The notes beneath the pieces are model-generated. The model saw nothing but the letters and a program-made list of their open reading frames with translations, was not told where the DNA came from and did no database searches. The position numbers and the translations under genes are program-made. Below, piece by piece: positions 61,865 through 64,000 of a stretch of 64,000 nucleotides of DNA; within the stretch, counting starts at the first letter, position 1, and each line of letters opens with the position of its first letter. This DNA comes from Scyliorhinus canicula (Eukaryota): the NCBI RefSeq assembly GCF_902713615.1, contig NC_052156.1, positions 116,103,120-116,167,119 on the forward strand, written 5' to 3'.

Positions 61865-64000
61865 GATTGGATTGGATTGGATTTGTTTATTGTCACGTGT
61901 ACCGAGGTACAGTGAAAAGTATTTTTCTGCAAGCAGCTCAACAGATCATTAGAAAAGGGAATTAAACAAAATTCAAGAAAATACATGAGAATACATAATA
62001 GGGGAACACAAGATATACGATGTAACTACATAAGCATTGGCATCAGTTGAAGCATACAGGGTGTAGTGTTAATGAGGTCAGTAAATAAGAGGGTCATTTA
62101 GGAGTCTGGTGACAGTGGGGAAGAAGCTGTTTTTGAGTCTGTTCGTGCGTGTTCTCAGACTTCTGAATCTCCTGCCCGATGGAAGAAGTTGGAAGAGTGA
62201 GTAAGCCGGGTGGGAGGAATCCTTGATTATGCTGCCCGCTTTCCCCCGGCAGCAGGAGGTGTAGATGGAATCAATGGATGGGAGGCAGGTTCGTGTGATG
62301 GACTGGGCAGTATTCACGACTCTCTGAAGTTCCTTGCGATCCTGGGCCGAGCAGTTGCCATACCAGGCTGTGATGCAGCCCGATAGGATGCTTTCTATAG
62401 TGCATCTGTAAAAGTTGGTAAGGGTTAATGTGCACATGCCGAATTTCCTTAGTTTCCTGAGGAAGTATAGGCGCTGTTGTGCTTTCTTGGTGATAGCGTC
62501 AACGTGAGTGGACCAGGATAGATTTTTGGTGATGTGCACCCCTAGGAATTTGAAACTGCTAACCATCTCCACCTCGGCCCCGTTGATGCTGACAGGGGTG
62601 TGTACAGTACTTTGCTTCCTGAAGTCAATGACTAGCTCTTTAGTTTTGCTGGCATTGAGGGAGAGATTGTTGTCGTTACACCACTCCACTAGGTTCTCTA
62701 TCTCCCTCCTGTATTTGGACTCGTCGTTATTCGAGATCCGGCCCACTATGGTCGTATCGTCAGCAAACTTGTAGATGGAGTTGGAACCAAGTTTTGCCAC
62801 GCAGTCGTGTGTGTACAGGGAGTAGAGAAGGGGGCTAAGTACGCACCCTTGCGGGGCACCGGTATTGAGGACTATTGTGGAGGAGGTGTTGGTGTTCATT
62901 CTTACTGACTGTGGTCTGTTGGTCAGGAAGTCAAGGATCCAGTTTCAGAGTGGAGAGCCAAGTCCTAGGTTTTGGAGCTTTGATATGAGCTTGGCTGGGA
63001 TTATGGTGTTGAAGGCGGAGCTGTAGTCAATAAATAGGAGTCTGATGTAGGAGTCCTTGTTTTCGAGATGCTCTAGGGATGAGTGTAGGGCCAGGGAAAT
63101 GGCATCTGATGTGGACCGGTTGCGACGGTATGCGAATTGAAGTGGGTCAAGGCGTTCCGGGAGTATGGAGGTGATGCGCTTCATGATCAGCCTCTCGAAG
63201 CACTTCATTACAACTGACGTCAGGGCCACCGGGCGGTAGTCATTGAGGCATGTTGCCTGGTTCTTCTTTGGTACCGGTATGATGGTGGTCTTCTTGAAGC
63301 AGGTGGGGACCTCGGAGTGGGGTAGGGATAGGTTAAAGATGTCTGTGAATACCTCTGCCAGCTGGTATGTGCAGGCTCTGAGTGCACGACCAGGGATCCC
63401 ATCCGGGCCCATCGCCTTCCGTGGGTTCACTTTCAGGAAGGCCGATCTGACTTCGGAAACTGTGATGGTGGGTATGGGTGAATTATGGGCTGCTGGGGCA
63501 CTCGACAGCGGATTGTTGGTTACCTGCTCAAACCGAGCATAGAATGCACTAAGTTCATCGGGGAGGGGTGCGCTGCTGCCAGATACTGCTCGGCTTCGCT
63601 TTGTAGCCCGTTATGTTGTTTAGTCCTTGCCACAACTGCCGAGAGTCTGTCTGTGACTCTAGCTTAGTTTGATATTCTCTCTTGGCATCTCGGATGGCTT
63701 TGCGGAGGTCGTACCTGGATTTCTTGTATAGGACAGGGTCGTCTGCCTTGAACGCCTCAGATCTGTCCTTCAGTAGGGAGTCAATCTCGCGGTTGAGCCA
63801 TGGTTTCCGGTTGGGGAACGTACGTACTGCTTTCTTTGGCGCGCAGTCGTCTACACATTTGCTGATGAAGTCTGTGACAGTGGTGGCATACTCATTTAAG
63901 TTAGTCGCTGAGTTCTTAAATATGAACCAATCTACTGTCTCTAAGCAGTCACGTAAGAGCTCTTCTGTCTCCTCGGACCAGCACTGCACAACCTTCTTAG
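61865..64000 (-). mobile_element. Young Rex1/Babar LINE, running off the window end
   Basis: Three long frames (63555-63989, 62945-63430, 62078-62899) with [37 protein letters not shown] and KFADDT. (TCCAA)n tail. Confidence 0.95.

Noticed and set aside
19700-64000. A neighbouring host gene downstream of RERG (for example PDE6H, syntenic in human)
   Set aside because: No matching exons seen by eye. Very small exons could be missed, and tBLASTn would be needed to exclude them.
1-64000. CRISPR arrays, rRNA or prokaryote-type systems
   Set aside because: No regularly spaced repeat-spacer array or operon structure. The sequence is vertebrate intron and intergenic DNA.

Overview
Vertebrate, repeat-dense DNA. 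The SINE/LINE families point to a cartilaginous fish, probably a catshark-like shark (inference). The only host gene I can support is the 3' half of RERG (Ras-like small GTPase, + strand): a 74-nt exon at 8091-8164 and the terminal coding exon at 16411-16818, followed by an AT-rich putative 3' UTR. Most of the rest is transposable elements: CR1, Rex1/Babar, L1/Tx1, L2 and RTEX-like LINEs; several tRNA-derived SINE families; Penelope-type ends carrying minimal hammerhead ribozymes; a Gypsy 3' fragment and solo LTRs; a two-gene Harbinger fossil with related MITEs; and a hAT/Charlie MITE. Most short ORFs in the supplied track are TE fragments or noise. Best candidate for something new: a hAT MITE that has captured a SINE's LINE-derived 3' tail. 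It appears twice as a cut-and-paste insertion with 8-bp TSDs and once apparently as a retrotransposed copy carrying 5' flanking DNA. Also notable: SINE head/tail swapping between LINE partners, a young CR1 with a SINE inside its 3' UTR, and a resolvable nested insertion stack. All calls were made by eye and TE boundaries without TSDs are approximate.
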